Shown here: piece after piece, positions 51,501-64,000 of the stretch
Layout: each line of letters begins with the position of its first letter
Position numbering within the stretch: the stretch's first letter is position 1
Notes under the pieces: model-generated
The model's input: the letters and a program-made list of their open reading frames with translations, nothing else
Databases searched by the model: none
What the model was told of the DNA's origin: nothing
Source: Sedimentisphaerales bacterium
Lineage (GTDB): Bacteria > Planctomycetota > Phycisphaerae > Sedimentisphaerales > SM23-30
Assembly: GCA_963663965.2 (NCBI GenBank)
Contig: CAXXFK010000037.1
Location: 1 to 64,000 of the forward strand
Direction: 5' to 3'
Length of the DNA: 64,000 nt
Made by a program: the position numbers and the translations under genes

Positions 51501-54500
51501 ACTTCGACATCAGTATACCAGTTGATCCGGCCGGCACCATAGATGGCATTTTCAGTAATGACAAAACGATCATCATTGTAAGTACCGGTAATCAGCAGGG
51601 TATCGAAGCCGGCGCCACCGTTGACATTGACGGGTGAATTGGCGGCATAGGCAATGGTGTTATCGCCGGAACCGGCGTCAATATCAATTTCTTTCTGGGC
51701 TTTGGCGCCGGTGGGATCGTTTTTCACAACAAAGGAACGTACGACGAAATAATCATCGCCATCCTGACCATTCAGATTCATCTCGGCGATATTATGATAT
51801 ACCGAGAAGACATCGTTATCATCGCCGCCATGAATCGTAGTGGCCCGACTGACGCCGTTGGTCAGCCAGGCGGTATTGCTGCCGTCGGTCGTGACTTCAA
51901 CCAGATCGGCCGGCAGATATTGATCACGCGGTTCGATACCGGCATTGGCATCGCGCGGAGTGGCAAAGAGCTGGCCGATCTGGAACCAGTCGTTGCCAAT
52001 ACCGCCATCCAGGGTTGTTTCGGCGCTGTTATCATCCAGGGCAAAGAAGTCATTGCCACCCAAACCATAAACGAACATTGTTTCGACGCCGAGTCCGGTC
52101 GTGTCATTGGCAGGGACATGGTAGTTGTAGTTAATACGCTCCACGGCATCGGCAATCTGGTCATTTCCGGCCAGATCGTTGAGTAAAGCAACAAAATACT
52201 GACGGAACAAAATCGTATCGTTCTGGCCAGTGGCAAAAATGGTCATTTGATCGGCATCGACACCCAGGCCATGGTCTTCGATATTGACTTCGTAGGCGCT
52301 GTGACCGGACCAGACAACCTGATATTGATCCGCGCCGGACTGACCATCCAGGGTGAGGGTATCCAGAACACCGGGAATCCACTGGGAGGTCAGCGATGGG
52401 ATGGTAGTGACAAAATACCGATCGGTATTATCGCCGCCAAAGATGGAGGTCGGACCGTTGATCTGATTGATCGCGAAGGTATCCTCACCATTGGCGCCGT
52501 AGATTTCGGTTACACCGGTGTGAGTGCCGTTAATCGTCAGATTATCATTCTGACGACCCAGGTGGATACTTAAGAGTTCAAAAGTTTCATAAGAGACAGT
52601 AGCGGTCATGCCCAAGCCGGTCAGGGTAGTTCCAGTCAGCGTACCGCTAGCGTTTTGTGATTCCCCGCTATCGATCAGATATAATGTATCCGTATCACCC
52701 TGTCCTAATAACCGAAGCGGGGCCATGATCCCATTGAGTTGTCCAGTGATACTGGAAACAGCAATCTGGTCATTGCCATCACCGGATGCCACCGTTGTCG
52801 GACCCTGAATGGTCCTGATATAGATCTGGTCATCATTGGGGCCGGTATGAATTTGAGTTGTCCCGGTATGAGTATCGACAATCGTCAAGGTATCTTTGCC
52901 CTCGCCCAGAGACAGATTGAGGTCTTCGAAACCGGTGTAATCGATAGACTGGTCTAAACCAAATCCGGTAAATTGATTGAAACTCAACTGGCCACTGCCA
53001 TCGAGGGTTTCGCCAGTATCGTCGATATTCAATTGATCAGTCCCATCGCCGGCATTGATGGCGATAACACCCATGAGATTATTCAAGTCACCACCGAATG
53101 ACGGAGAATTCGAGCCGATATTCACGGTATCATCCTGCGAGCCGGTTTCGAGATTGATCGAACCGCCGGTCGTCAGGATATTCACCTGATCGGCGCCATC
53201 GTGGGTTTTAACAGTGACCGTCATTCCGGGCATGGTGCTGAGGATATCGAAACGATCATCCTGAGATCCGGTCTCGACAGTCAGGACTTCTACGCCATTG
53301 TACTCGATAAAACCGCCCGGCACTCCGGTCTGGATCAGAGTGGAACCGGATACCTGATTCACCGATTGATCGGTAATCGTTTTCAGGCGATAATCGTTGC
53401 CATCCAGTGCGGTGATTTCGTTGCTATTGAGAGTGGCGGCGCTGTAATCAACTCCAAACAGGCCGGCAGCGTATTCCAGATGGGTCAGGACATCGAGGCT
53501 GGTATTACGAGACCAGCGCAGGACTTTGTATTGGGTATCCGCTATTTGGGTATCATCCTGCGATGCCGGAGGCTGAGTCCCTTTCACCTCCATGGTCAAT
53601 ACCTGCTGAAGGGTTTTGCTGCCATCGGTAGCGGTCACGGTCCAGGTCTGGTTTCCTGGGGTAGTGGGGATACCGACAATCCGCCAGGTATCCGGATCGA
53701 GTACAAATCCGGTATTGTCCAGGCCCGCCACCGTATAGGATACCAATCCCGGATCATTAAACTGACCCCGGAAAATCTCTTTGAGATCAACCGCTTTGAT
53801 CCGGTAATTGATATAGGAAGTGAGAGGATCAACATCGATATCAAACGAATAATTTTCCGTTTGAGCGCCTTTTTTCGCGGTAAGTTGTATGGCATATTGA
53901 CCGGCATTGAGCGGGACACCGTCGATTACGCCATCGGCGAAGTTCAGGCCGCTGTTGGCCAGGCCGGAGATGGTATAGGTGACATTATCCAGCGATCCAA
54001 AATCTTTTTCGATCGCTGTCCGCAAATCGATCTGGCCAATCTTGTAACCGGTCATTTCGACCGGCTGATCGATAAAAATGGTCAGGCTGCGTTCTTCCCG
54101 CTGGTTGGTATCGGATATGGCGACCAATTTGATGGTGCGGCCGGATGGACCGGTGACATCCATGGGGGTTGGCCGGCCGATAATCAGGCCTTTGGCCGAG
54201 GCCTGTTTCAGGCCATCATCTACTTTCAAGCCGCTGCCGGCCGGTAATCCTTCCAGATGATAAGTCACCTGGTTCCAGTTTTCTAACGTGCCACCAAACA
54301 TCGAACGCACGTCAATCCCATCCAGTTCGACACCGGAATGGCCCTGAACCTCTTTAATGGCCAGTTCAAACTCATATGTCAGTGATTTGTTCTGACCGGA
54401 TTCACGCCAGTACATTTCAAGCTTATAGGTATTGGTTCCCACATCATAAGGTAGCGGCGTACCGGTAATGAGTCCCTCAAAAACATCGACCCGTAATCCG

Positions 54501-57500
54501 CTATTGACGGAACTGACCCAGTCGTTGCCATATTTACGATAGAGTTCATAACGCGGCTGGATCCCGTTGAGATTCACATCGAAGATATCGGCCCCGGTCA
54601 TATCGATCGTACCCACCGACGTTCCGACCATCCCGCCGGTACGGGCAATTTCCAGATCAAACTCATAGGATTTGATCTGGCCGTTCCAGTCGGCATCAAG
54701 TTGCATCCGGTTGGTGCCCACATCAAATACATCCAGACGCGGAACCCCGCTGATAATGCCATCTTTGTTATCGCCGATAAGTACGTGCACCCCATCGGCA
54801 TCGTTTAAGAGCTGCCAGGCATTATTCTTCCAGAGGTACAGGGAATAGGTCAGGGTTTCAAGTTCGTTTTCGATAAAATCGGTATAGGTCTGCGGCGAAC
54901 TGCCCGGCGCGATAAACTCATAGGCAAAGACACTGCGCAGATCGAGCGACTGGATCTTGAAACCAGCCATGGCGCCGGTTGATTCGATCGCAGCAACTGG
55001 AGTGTCTTTTTTGCTGGTAATACTGGTAGTTATTTCATCCAGAGAGACGACCTGTAAAGCCCCAGTCTGCGGAACGCTGCCGAGGGCGCCGGCGTTGCTG
55101 GTATGGACCTGATCGTCACCTTCTCCGCCACGGATAATCAGGCTATCGGGAATACCGGCGAGCGTGCCATTGGCCGCATTGTCGGGATTGGCACCATCGA
55201 AGCCAACATAAATGGTGTCATCATCCGCACCACCTTCGATAATCGTTATTCCTCCGGCCGACTCGACATGAATGATATCGTTGCCGGCCCGTGCGTTGAC
55301 CACGGTCGTGGAGTCTTGCGGCGTACTGTTGACGGTAAAGACATCCGCGGCATCGCTCAGTTCGATATTGATCACCGAGGCGTTGCCAAATTCGATAGTG
55401 ACACCGGGCTGCATATTGCGGCCCGATAAGACGGTCCGCTGACCATAGCGGAAGTACTCGATAAATTCTTTGGGATTGCCTTCTTTATTCAATACGCCAT
55501 TAAACGTATACACCACCGTCCCAATGCCGGGCTCTTCACTATCGGGCGTAAAGAATAAATTGCCGTTACCAGTTTGCCAGGAGCCGGCGCCTGTCACACT
55601 TTCGATCTGTAACTGGGCCGCATCGTAGGTCAGACCGTCCAGCAAGTCAACCGTTACCTGACCGCCGCCTTCAAGACCAATCCGGCCGGGGGCGGAGTCA
55701 TCCTGACTGTTAATCACAATCCGGTCATTGGCGCCTTCGCCGCCATCCACGGTGAACGAACCGCCAAACTGGCTCAGGCTCTTTTGCGGACCGGCAGTAA
55801 ACAGGAAAGGCGCTGGATCGACAGTGACCGGTTCAGGGACCACCTGGTATGGCGGTGGATCGATCATATTGGGGACCGGCTGTTGATAGGGCTGCGGATT
55901 GATCCAGACCCAGGCCGTATTACCATAAGTATTGTATCCGCCCGAACCCCACCGGGTATCCAGTACGCTGACCAGTTGCTGACCGTTGCCACTCTCATCA
56001 TCGAATGACCAGATCTGGTTGTAATAGTAAGAAATGGCAGTGCTGAAATCCATGCTGACCGATCCTTCGGGTGATCCGTCGGCAATATATTCGGAGAGGT
56101 ACTGACGGTATTTTGCGGACATCCGGCCGGTTTTATAATCCTGTTCGATCGCGGCAGCCTGGCCGGTAATATAATCATTGACCCGGTTCAAGGGCGCCGC
56201 CCAGTAGCGATCGATCCAATCGTTGTACCAGACGCTGGAACTGGTTATCCAGCGATGGCCTTTATCATAGGGCCAGAGGAAACTGTAAGGATTGTCGTAA
56301 TGGTAGAGTTGGGAAGGGATATTAATCGGAGCCAGATAGGCACCTGGATCAACGGTGATGAGTTTCCAGCCATCCTGGAACGGGGCCGGATCGACCATAT
56401 AAGAGGGCGGCTGATAGGTATAGGCAGGGGGATCGACATAGACGGACGCTTCCTCGCCGCCGACATAGATGGTATCATCACCAAACCCACCATTGACAAC
56501 CAGATCCAATCCAGCTACGGTGCCAAAGACATAGATGCTGTCATTGCCACCGGCGCCGTTGACTTCCAGCAGTTCAACCTCTTCCATCGATCCAACTTGA
56601 ATACCGGCGCCGTAGATGACCTGCTTGCCATCGACAACCGCGATGATAAAGGTGTCATCAATGGGTGTGCCGTTAATCACCACGGTATCGATGCCTTCAC
56701 CGCCGTTGATATTGACTTTGGCGTTCTGGACATAGGTAATCTGGTTGTTGCCGATACCGCCGTAGATATTGGCGGTTTTATCCACCTCCAGATTGGCATT
56801 GATCACAAATTTATCATTATCATCTTCACCGAACAGAAAGACTTCGGCCAGGTTATGATTAACCTCCATGTAGTCGTTGCCGGTACCACCATAGAAATAG
56901 CTGACCATGCTGACGCCGTTGGTCATTTCGGCGGCGTAGAGGATGGCGGGGATATCGTCGGTAAAGGCGGCTTCAACAACCTGGCCGATCTGGAACTGAT
57001 CAGCGCCTGCCCCACCGAAGATGTGCAGGGGCACACCGTTATCATCCACGAGAAAGACATCATCACCGGCCAGGCCGTGGACCAGCAGGTATTCCGGGCC
57101 ATTGTATTTAAGAATAGTATCGCCCATGGTGACTTCGCCGTCGGATGGATTGGCGTTGTAGCTGTCGGCATTGAAACCGAAGGTGTCGGCCTGATCGGTA
57201 CCGGTTATCACAATGGCGTCATTGCCGATGGTACTGCCGGGCGGATTGCCGTGGCCCACACCACCGGAATCCTGTTCGATAAAGCGCGCTCCGGGACTGG
57301 TCGCCAGATCAAGCACATAACGATCCGATCCACCCTGGCCATCCAGAAAGACCTCGGCGTTGAAATCGTGAATATAGAATATATTCTGGGGATGCTGCCA
57401 TTGATCACTGATAACCTGGTCCTGTCCGCTTAATCGGAAGGTAGCGAAATTCACATTAGCGAGATTTTCAAATTCGGCGTCGGTCGCCCAGCCGTAATGC

Positions 57501-60500
57501 TTAGTGGCGCCCGCTTGAAGCCATTGATCCGGATCGGGATATTGGGGATAACTCTCCGGGGAAGCGTTCAGGGTATTTTGCGACAGGGGACTGGCCGGAT
57601 TTTCACTGAAATCACCCACGATCAGATAACCGCCGGTCAGTTCGAAATCGGCATTGCGAGCTTCTTCCAGAATATTTCGCCCTACCAGATCGTAAAAATT
57701 ATCAACGCCGGCCCCGCCGGTGTAAACATCATCCCCGGCACCCCCCTTGAGAATATCGGCAAAAGCGGTTCCCCTCAGGGTGTCCTGACCATCTCCGGCA
57801 TCGATGACCAGTTGCATGATATCGGCATGCTCGCCCGAAACACCGCCGGCATCGATTTCATCCCCTGCAGCCATGGTTTGAATCAAAAGGCGGTCTCCCG
57901 TCGCACGGTTAGCCTGCCGGATCGTATAGCGTACGGCGCCCTGATCCTGAACAATTCTCCATAGCGGCTGAACATGGGTCTGACCCTGGTCGTCAATCAC
58001 ATTGGTTACCACAGAATTGATAGCGAAATTATCCGGTCCGTCCGAACTTCTTAATGTTACATTATCCGCCGCGGCATCGGCGGTAAAAATCTGGGCGGGA
58101 CCTTCAGGCTGTTTGGGATAAGCCGTAATCTCATCGACCTGGCCATTGACACTGACGGTATCATCCTCATTAATGGTGACATCATCAGGATTAATCGCAA
58201 CACCCTGGCTGTTATAATAATCCACCACCGCCTGTTTGATCTGGCCGCTGGTCTCGACCGATGCGGCAAGGATGACACCCGCACCATCTGGATCGAGTAT
58301 CACTTCACGGGCTTCCGGCCCGGAGGTGTTGACTGTCCCCGAACTGGTGGTAGAACCACCCAGGCGAATATCGAAATCCGTTACCGTGGTGGTCCGCAGG
58401 TCATTAATCCCAAATTGATCGGCACCCTGACCGGCATTTAATATCACCTTTTCCACACTGACCAGATTAGTTCGCATGCCCGAAAGGGTCATCAGCAGGT
58501 CGGCCGGATTGGTGCCGGCCTCGAACGACCAGCTATCGCCACTGTCGGCGCCATTCAGTTCAAGCAGATCATCGCCATCGCCCAGATTAACCTGATCGGC
58601 GCCTTCCCCGCTGGTCCAGCGCAGGGTATCGGCGTCATTTTCGGTTACGACACCGTTAATATCGGCCAGATACTGAGTCCAGATCTCCTGCCAGGCTCCG
58701 GTGAAATCGCCCTGATCGTAGGTATGGACCCCGATCAGATCGTCACCGTCCCCCCCCTGGATACTGTCGTTACCATTTTCGCCGTGGATATAATCATCAC
58801 CTTCATCACCGCTGATCCGGTCATCGCCATCGCCACCCAGCAGGAAGTCACTGCCCATCGTAACGGCAATCTGGGTAGTTAGCGGATCATTGGGACCGGG
58901 ATTGGGATGCACTAAAGTGACCAGACGATAATCGACTCCTTCGGCGCCGCCTTTTTCAGCCTTGCTCTTGGGAATCGTACCATCACCGACCAGGATATCA
59001 TTGCCGCCATATCCGATCAGGACATCGTTACCGCCGCCGCCAATCAGGGTATCATCGCCCTGGATACCGGCCTGATCCTGTTGAGCATTGCTGAGCGGAG
59101 CGACCTCCACTCGATTCTGGTTGTCATAGGCCATGCCGTCGCCATAAAGGAAATCGTCCCCAAAACCGGCCTGAATAATATCGTCACCACCACCGCCAAA
59201 CAGGATATCATCGCCGGCACCGCCCTCCAGATAATCGTTGCCGGCTCCGGCTATGATGGTATCGTTGCCGCCTCCGGCCACCAGGACATCGTTCCCGGCG
59301 CCGCCATCCAACAGAACATCGCCATCGGTCTGGATCAGGGCGTAGTCATCGCCACCGCCGCCGGTAAATTCCACTGTGGGAGCAAAGACGACTGTTTCAT
59401 CCTTGGGCTTCTTGATCGTGATCATGTCATTGCCATCGCCGCCAATCGCTTTGATATGGGTGACCTCGTCGATATCGAAATATTCGACATAGGCATCATT
59501 ATAGGTCACTTTGACAGAGCCGTTTTTCTCGATGACCTTGCCATCATTATCCAGGGTATCGACGACTTCCACGATAAAGCCAGTATCGGCGTTGGGATCG
59601 ATATCTTCCGATCCGGTACTGCCCCGATTGGAGGCATAATCACCCATATGCAGCACCAATACGCTACCGCCGCCGTTGGGGCTGATATCGTCCAGACCTT
59701 GCGGGCCTGACAGCGCGGGCAAGGAGATCAGACTGGCCGGATCGGGCGCCGGCTTAGGCGAACAGGTATGGCCGAAGCTGGCCAGGGTTATCTGGGCCAG
59801 GGTAATACTGGCGTCGAACAGGGTGAGTTTGGCGCCGAACACTTTTAGCCCAACCCAGAGTCCAGCGGTCAGATCGGCGCCCAGCCGGCCGCTGGTTTCG
59901 ATCATGCAGAGCGGGCCGCAGCAGGCGCTGTAATACTGGAAACGTTTATCCAGTTCAGTAAAGGTGACCTTGCCGTCTTTTTCATTGACGCCGCTCAAAT
60001 CGACCGCGGCCCCGCCGATAAAATCATGGGAATAGGGCTCGGCCAGATCGAAGGCAATTTCACCAGTGAACCCGCCTTCGACATACGCTTCTATCAGGCC
60101 GCCGATACCCACCGACGCGCCGGCAGCGATCCGGGCAGTGAGCCAGGCCTCGGCCCGGTCGCCGGTGGCCGGATCGGTGATCGGACCATCGCCGCTGCCT
60201 TTATGGTCATTGAGATAAAAACCATCCAGCAGAACAGACTCATCGGCCTGATCAAATCCTTTGGCCTTGACCTGACTGATGTACTCGTTCAGGCCGGAGG
60301 TATCGTAACCAAAGCCCAGATTGAAGCCGGCGCTGATCGAGCCGGACAGCCGGGCGTTGAGGCCGGTAAAGATGGGGAATGACTGGGAGTATTCAAAATT
60401 GAGGGCCGCGCTGGGCAGTTCATAGCGGAAGATATCAGCCGGACGGCCGGTAATCAGATTGAACATCTGTTTGGGATCGGTCAGAACAGGGAACTCCATT

Positions 60501-63500
60501 TCTCCCGGTTTCTTGGAAACATATTTATCGACAAACGATTTTGAGCCGCTGTCTACCTGCTGGCCGCCGCCGGTCGGATTGAACTGGCTGTCATTCTGCC
60601 GGTCTGATGTAGTGGTATCATATCCCGGCTCAGAGGCGCTGGGCGTTTGATCGGCGCCAACCAGAATAAAGTCGCCGAAATAAATCTTGCCGTCTGGACT
60701 GTCGGGCAGGCTATTCACCGCATCGACAATGGTTACCAGGGCGTCGATGACCGTCACAAATTTATCCAGATTTTTATCCGCGCCGGCAAATAATTTCGCC
60801 AGGTCGCCCAGGGTGGCCGGACCGCCCAGTTCGCCAATCACCGGCAATTCGCCGTTCCAGATATCCGCGATCGGCTGCATGGGTGAGGTGATTTTTTTGA
60901 CCTGTTTAAGTGTATCGCCGACCACGCCATTCATAAACGGTCCCAGGTCAAGCGCGACATTTTCCAGACTGACCAGCGGGGATCCAACATCCAGTTTTTT
61001 GCCGTTACCATCGGGGTCTTCCGGATTCCAGGTGAGTTCCTGGCGATAATGGACATTGGCGCTGGCCTCCAGGAAATCGACACTATCGAAACCGATTTCG
61101 GCATACAAATCCACATCGGCAATCCCCACCACTTCCGCTTCAACAAAATCTTTCAGTTTATTTTCTGACGCAGTCAATTCATCCAGAGTCAACCGGCCAT
61201 CGGCCTGGCCAACAGTCAACTGGTCATCACGTAAATCGATGGACGCGTTGACCATGACCTGACTCAATATCCCATCTTCATCATCCACCCCACTGAGGGT
61301 TTCGACCCGGGCACGCATAAAGCCCAGTAAGGCGTCGAGGTGAGCGCCATCCTGAAGCCCTACCATGGCATTAAGGACAAACTCTTTACCACCAGGCCCG
61401 GCCGCGGCATCCACAAAGAACAAGTCTTTATAATTGCCATCTTTGGGTAATCCGGTATTGGGCACATCGACACCGAAACAAAAATTCAGTTCATAATCGA
61501 CCGAAGCCAGAATTTCCGTTTCGACATCCAACCCCAGACCGGGCAGTTCATCACCAAATTCCAGTTTGATACTCTCATCAAAAATAGTACCGGCTACCTT
61601 CAAATTAAATGTGACCCGGGTTCCTTTACCCGATGCGTCGTCGAACGACTCCAGCGAGGCCATAACATAGCGGCCACTATTGCCTTGAGCCACGGTATCA
61701 TCAATGACCGACAGAATATCCAGACCATCCGGTCCCAACGCGTTATACAGCTCATCCTGAATAATTTCTATCGTGGAACGGCCATTGATAAAGCCGCGGG
61801 CCGCGTTGATGGTATCATCGATTTTCTGATAGATATCGTTGGCAATAAAATCGTCAACAGATCCCAGGTGCTGTCCAACCAGGGGCAGGTCGCCCAATTG
61901 CGGGGTTTGAGCCCGGAGTTTATTGAGAATATTCTGAACACCGGCCAGCAGAACATCCGGGTTGTTAATCAGACTGAACGCGTTGAAGGTGCTGGCAAAA
62001 TCGGGTGTAATGACCGTCACGCCATCGAACTGCAAACCCGAGGTATTATCCCAGGAGACGGCCGTATCGATTTTTAAAACGTTGTCAGGAACACCATCGC
62101 CATCCAGATCATCGGTTGAACCGCTGACCGGCAGACTTTCGGTAATATACATCGGCAAATCAACGGAAAACTCGCCGCGGGCTTCCATGACAAACGACAG
62201 ATCCGTTACGGGTATTTTGCCATCAACTCCTTCCTTTAAACTGATACCCAGTGAAGCGCCGGCCACGGCAGTTCCTTCTTTAACATGCAGTCCGATTTTA
62301 TCGGCGATATCCAAACCCGTGTTAATCGCCGCAACAAAAGTCAGATCCTTGCCTCCCAGGGTTACTGAGGCATCAATTCCGCTGGTATCGGTTACATAAG
62401 GCTCAAAACTTTCACCGGCGGATATATCCGGCAACAGGTCGATCCCAACCCCAATTTCCAGCGCGGTCCGGGCGTCCACAAAAAGATTACCACCGGCCTG
62501 AACCGTAAACAGGCCGCCATCACCAAACAGGCCATCCGCTCCACCGGCAAAATCGGCCATATCGAAGCCGAAGCCCTTTTCGCCATAGTAACCGGCATCA
62601 AAGGTAAAACCATAGAACAATTCACCATCATTGAATCCCAGACTGAAATCGGGATTCACCCAGGCTCCAAATTCTCCAACTCCCAGTTGAGTTGGAATAT
62701 TGGGCAGTGAGATTTTAGCATCCAGTATCCCTTCGATCTCCTGTAAGCTGCCGGCCCAGTTGGCCGGATTGATCCATTCAATCGCATCGAGAATCGCCTG
62801 GCCGATACCCGCGGTCAAGTCATCCAGGTTCAGTTCAATTCCGGGAATCTCTTCAAACCAGAGACCGCTGGGATCGAACACCAGATCGACCGTGACTTTC
62901 AGGGCATCATAAATATCGGCCAACGACAATTTGCCCAGATCCGAAAGATCGCCCAGATCGAAATTCACGGCATCCAGAGATATGGAGGTATCGAATTGAG
63001 TAATGAACTCCCCGAGAGTCAGACCGCCAAACAGATCGGTATCAAAATCGAATACCGTCCTGAGCGTGGCCAGATCCAGCGATAAGCCGGCCAGTTGCGA
63101 ACCAAACGGCAGGTCCACGACAAACTCACCCTCTTTAACAATCCGGCCGGACAGATCTTTATAATTAAAATTATTGACGACGTCTTGGGTCAGGACATAA
63201 TGTCCGGTTGTTTCAAAACCAACACTAAAATCAAACGCAACAGTTCCATCATTCACACCCGCAGCCAGTATTCCCAGATCGAAGCCCAGATCGATATGCT
63301 GTGCGCCCAACATACCGTTATCCAGCATCAGCGCGGGATCGGCCAGATAAAAATCGCCATTCTCTTCCAGACCAAAACTGAATGTAAACACCACATCCAT
63401 GGTCAGTCCCAGTGTGCCGGACGCGTCAACACCATTCAGATCGCCCAGTAAATCGCTGATCGCATCGACCAGATCGATATTGGTGGTCAGTTCGACTGCG

Positions 63501-64000
63501 CCCAGATCGACCGTGCCGCGAAATTCTTTCTGATAGCTGGTGGGCGATACGGTAATACCCTCGACTTCAAACAGGTTATCGACCGTACCGCTACCATCAT
63601 CAGAACCATCACCGGTCTGCCAGGGACCAGCGCCACCCAGGTAGGCTTCGACACTGGCCACCAGGTCACCCACCGCGTCGAAAAGGCGTTGTTTCAGAAA
63701 TCCGGCGCCGGCAGTATCGATGGCGCCAAAGACCAATACATCCAGCAATTCATCCACTGCACCGCCCAATTTACCAGCCCACTCCTGAACCAGATCGAGA
63801 CCACCATCGGTGGTATCGGTACCAATAATCGCCTCGACTTCGGCCTGAGTCAGCTCCAGATTTTCCTGCCGGACGGTATCATTCTCTTTCATACCATCCA
63901 GACGTTCGACAAAACCGCCACTCGCGTCGACCCGGTTGGTCGAACCGGCAAAATCGGCTTCATCATAGACACGCACAATTCCTTTGTCATCATCCCCTTG
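45520..64000 (-). CDS. Giant RTX-like Ca2+-binding adhesin/surface protein, C-terminal >=6,159 aa (start outside window; one frameshift near 48547)
   Basis: The frame is open to the window edge (63977-64000 = QGDDDKGI). Dozens of GGxGxDxUx nonapeptides and longer beta-roll repeats. ORFs 48482..63976 and 45520..48558 join by deleting one G of GGG at 48546-48548, giving GDNGII-QRTLENG. Confidence 0.85.

Noticed and set aside
45709..63451. Long + strand ORFs (e.g. 45709..47088, 53201..54247, 56255..57433) opposite the giant adhesin
   Set aside because: Shadow ORFs with no recognisable domains, fully overlapping a well-supported gene.
1..64000. CRISPR array, tRNA/rRNA, known riboswitches, transposases
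   Set aside because: I saw no regularly spaced direct repeats, cloverleafs or recognisable consensus by eye; a covariance-model search would be needed to fully exclude riboswitches.

Overview
This 64 kb window looks like chromosomal DNA from an anaerobic, polysaccharide-degrading Planctomycetota, probably Phycisphaerae/Sedimentisphaerales-like. That is an inference from LE-x-R-type leader motifs, an inserted-type SPase I, DUF3467 and DxNxDxxVD..WL dockerin-like modules. It has three parts. (1) 1-10.6 kb: a GAF-domain HlyD-type adaptor gene (broken by homopolymer frameshifts and cut by the window edge), a ~2,130 aa acidic S-layer-like protein (one frameshift), DUF3467 and a divergent lepB; together a candidate dedicated surface-protein export locus. 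(2) 10.7-45.2 kb: CAZymes (GH106, GH16, GH20, beta-helix GH, tandem GH43, GH51), an SGNH esterase, a D-2-hydroxyacid dehydrogenase, a sugar isomerase/epimerase, a gingipain-like C25 peptidase, and a 2,258 aa exported mosaic protein with both transglutaminase-like and caspase-like catalytic motifs beside an AT-rich HNH-gene islet. (3) 45.5-64 kb: the C-terminal >6,100 aa of a giant RTX-like Ca2+-binding adhesin (one frameshift) with looped-out side modules. A dispersed ~100 bp structured intergenic repeat occurs 2-3 times. All frameshifts are +1 insertions in short homopolymers and look like long-read consensus errors. I found no rRNA, tRNA, CRISPR array, integrase, transposase or reverse transcriptase.
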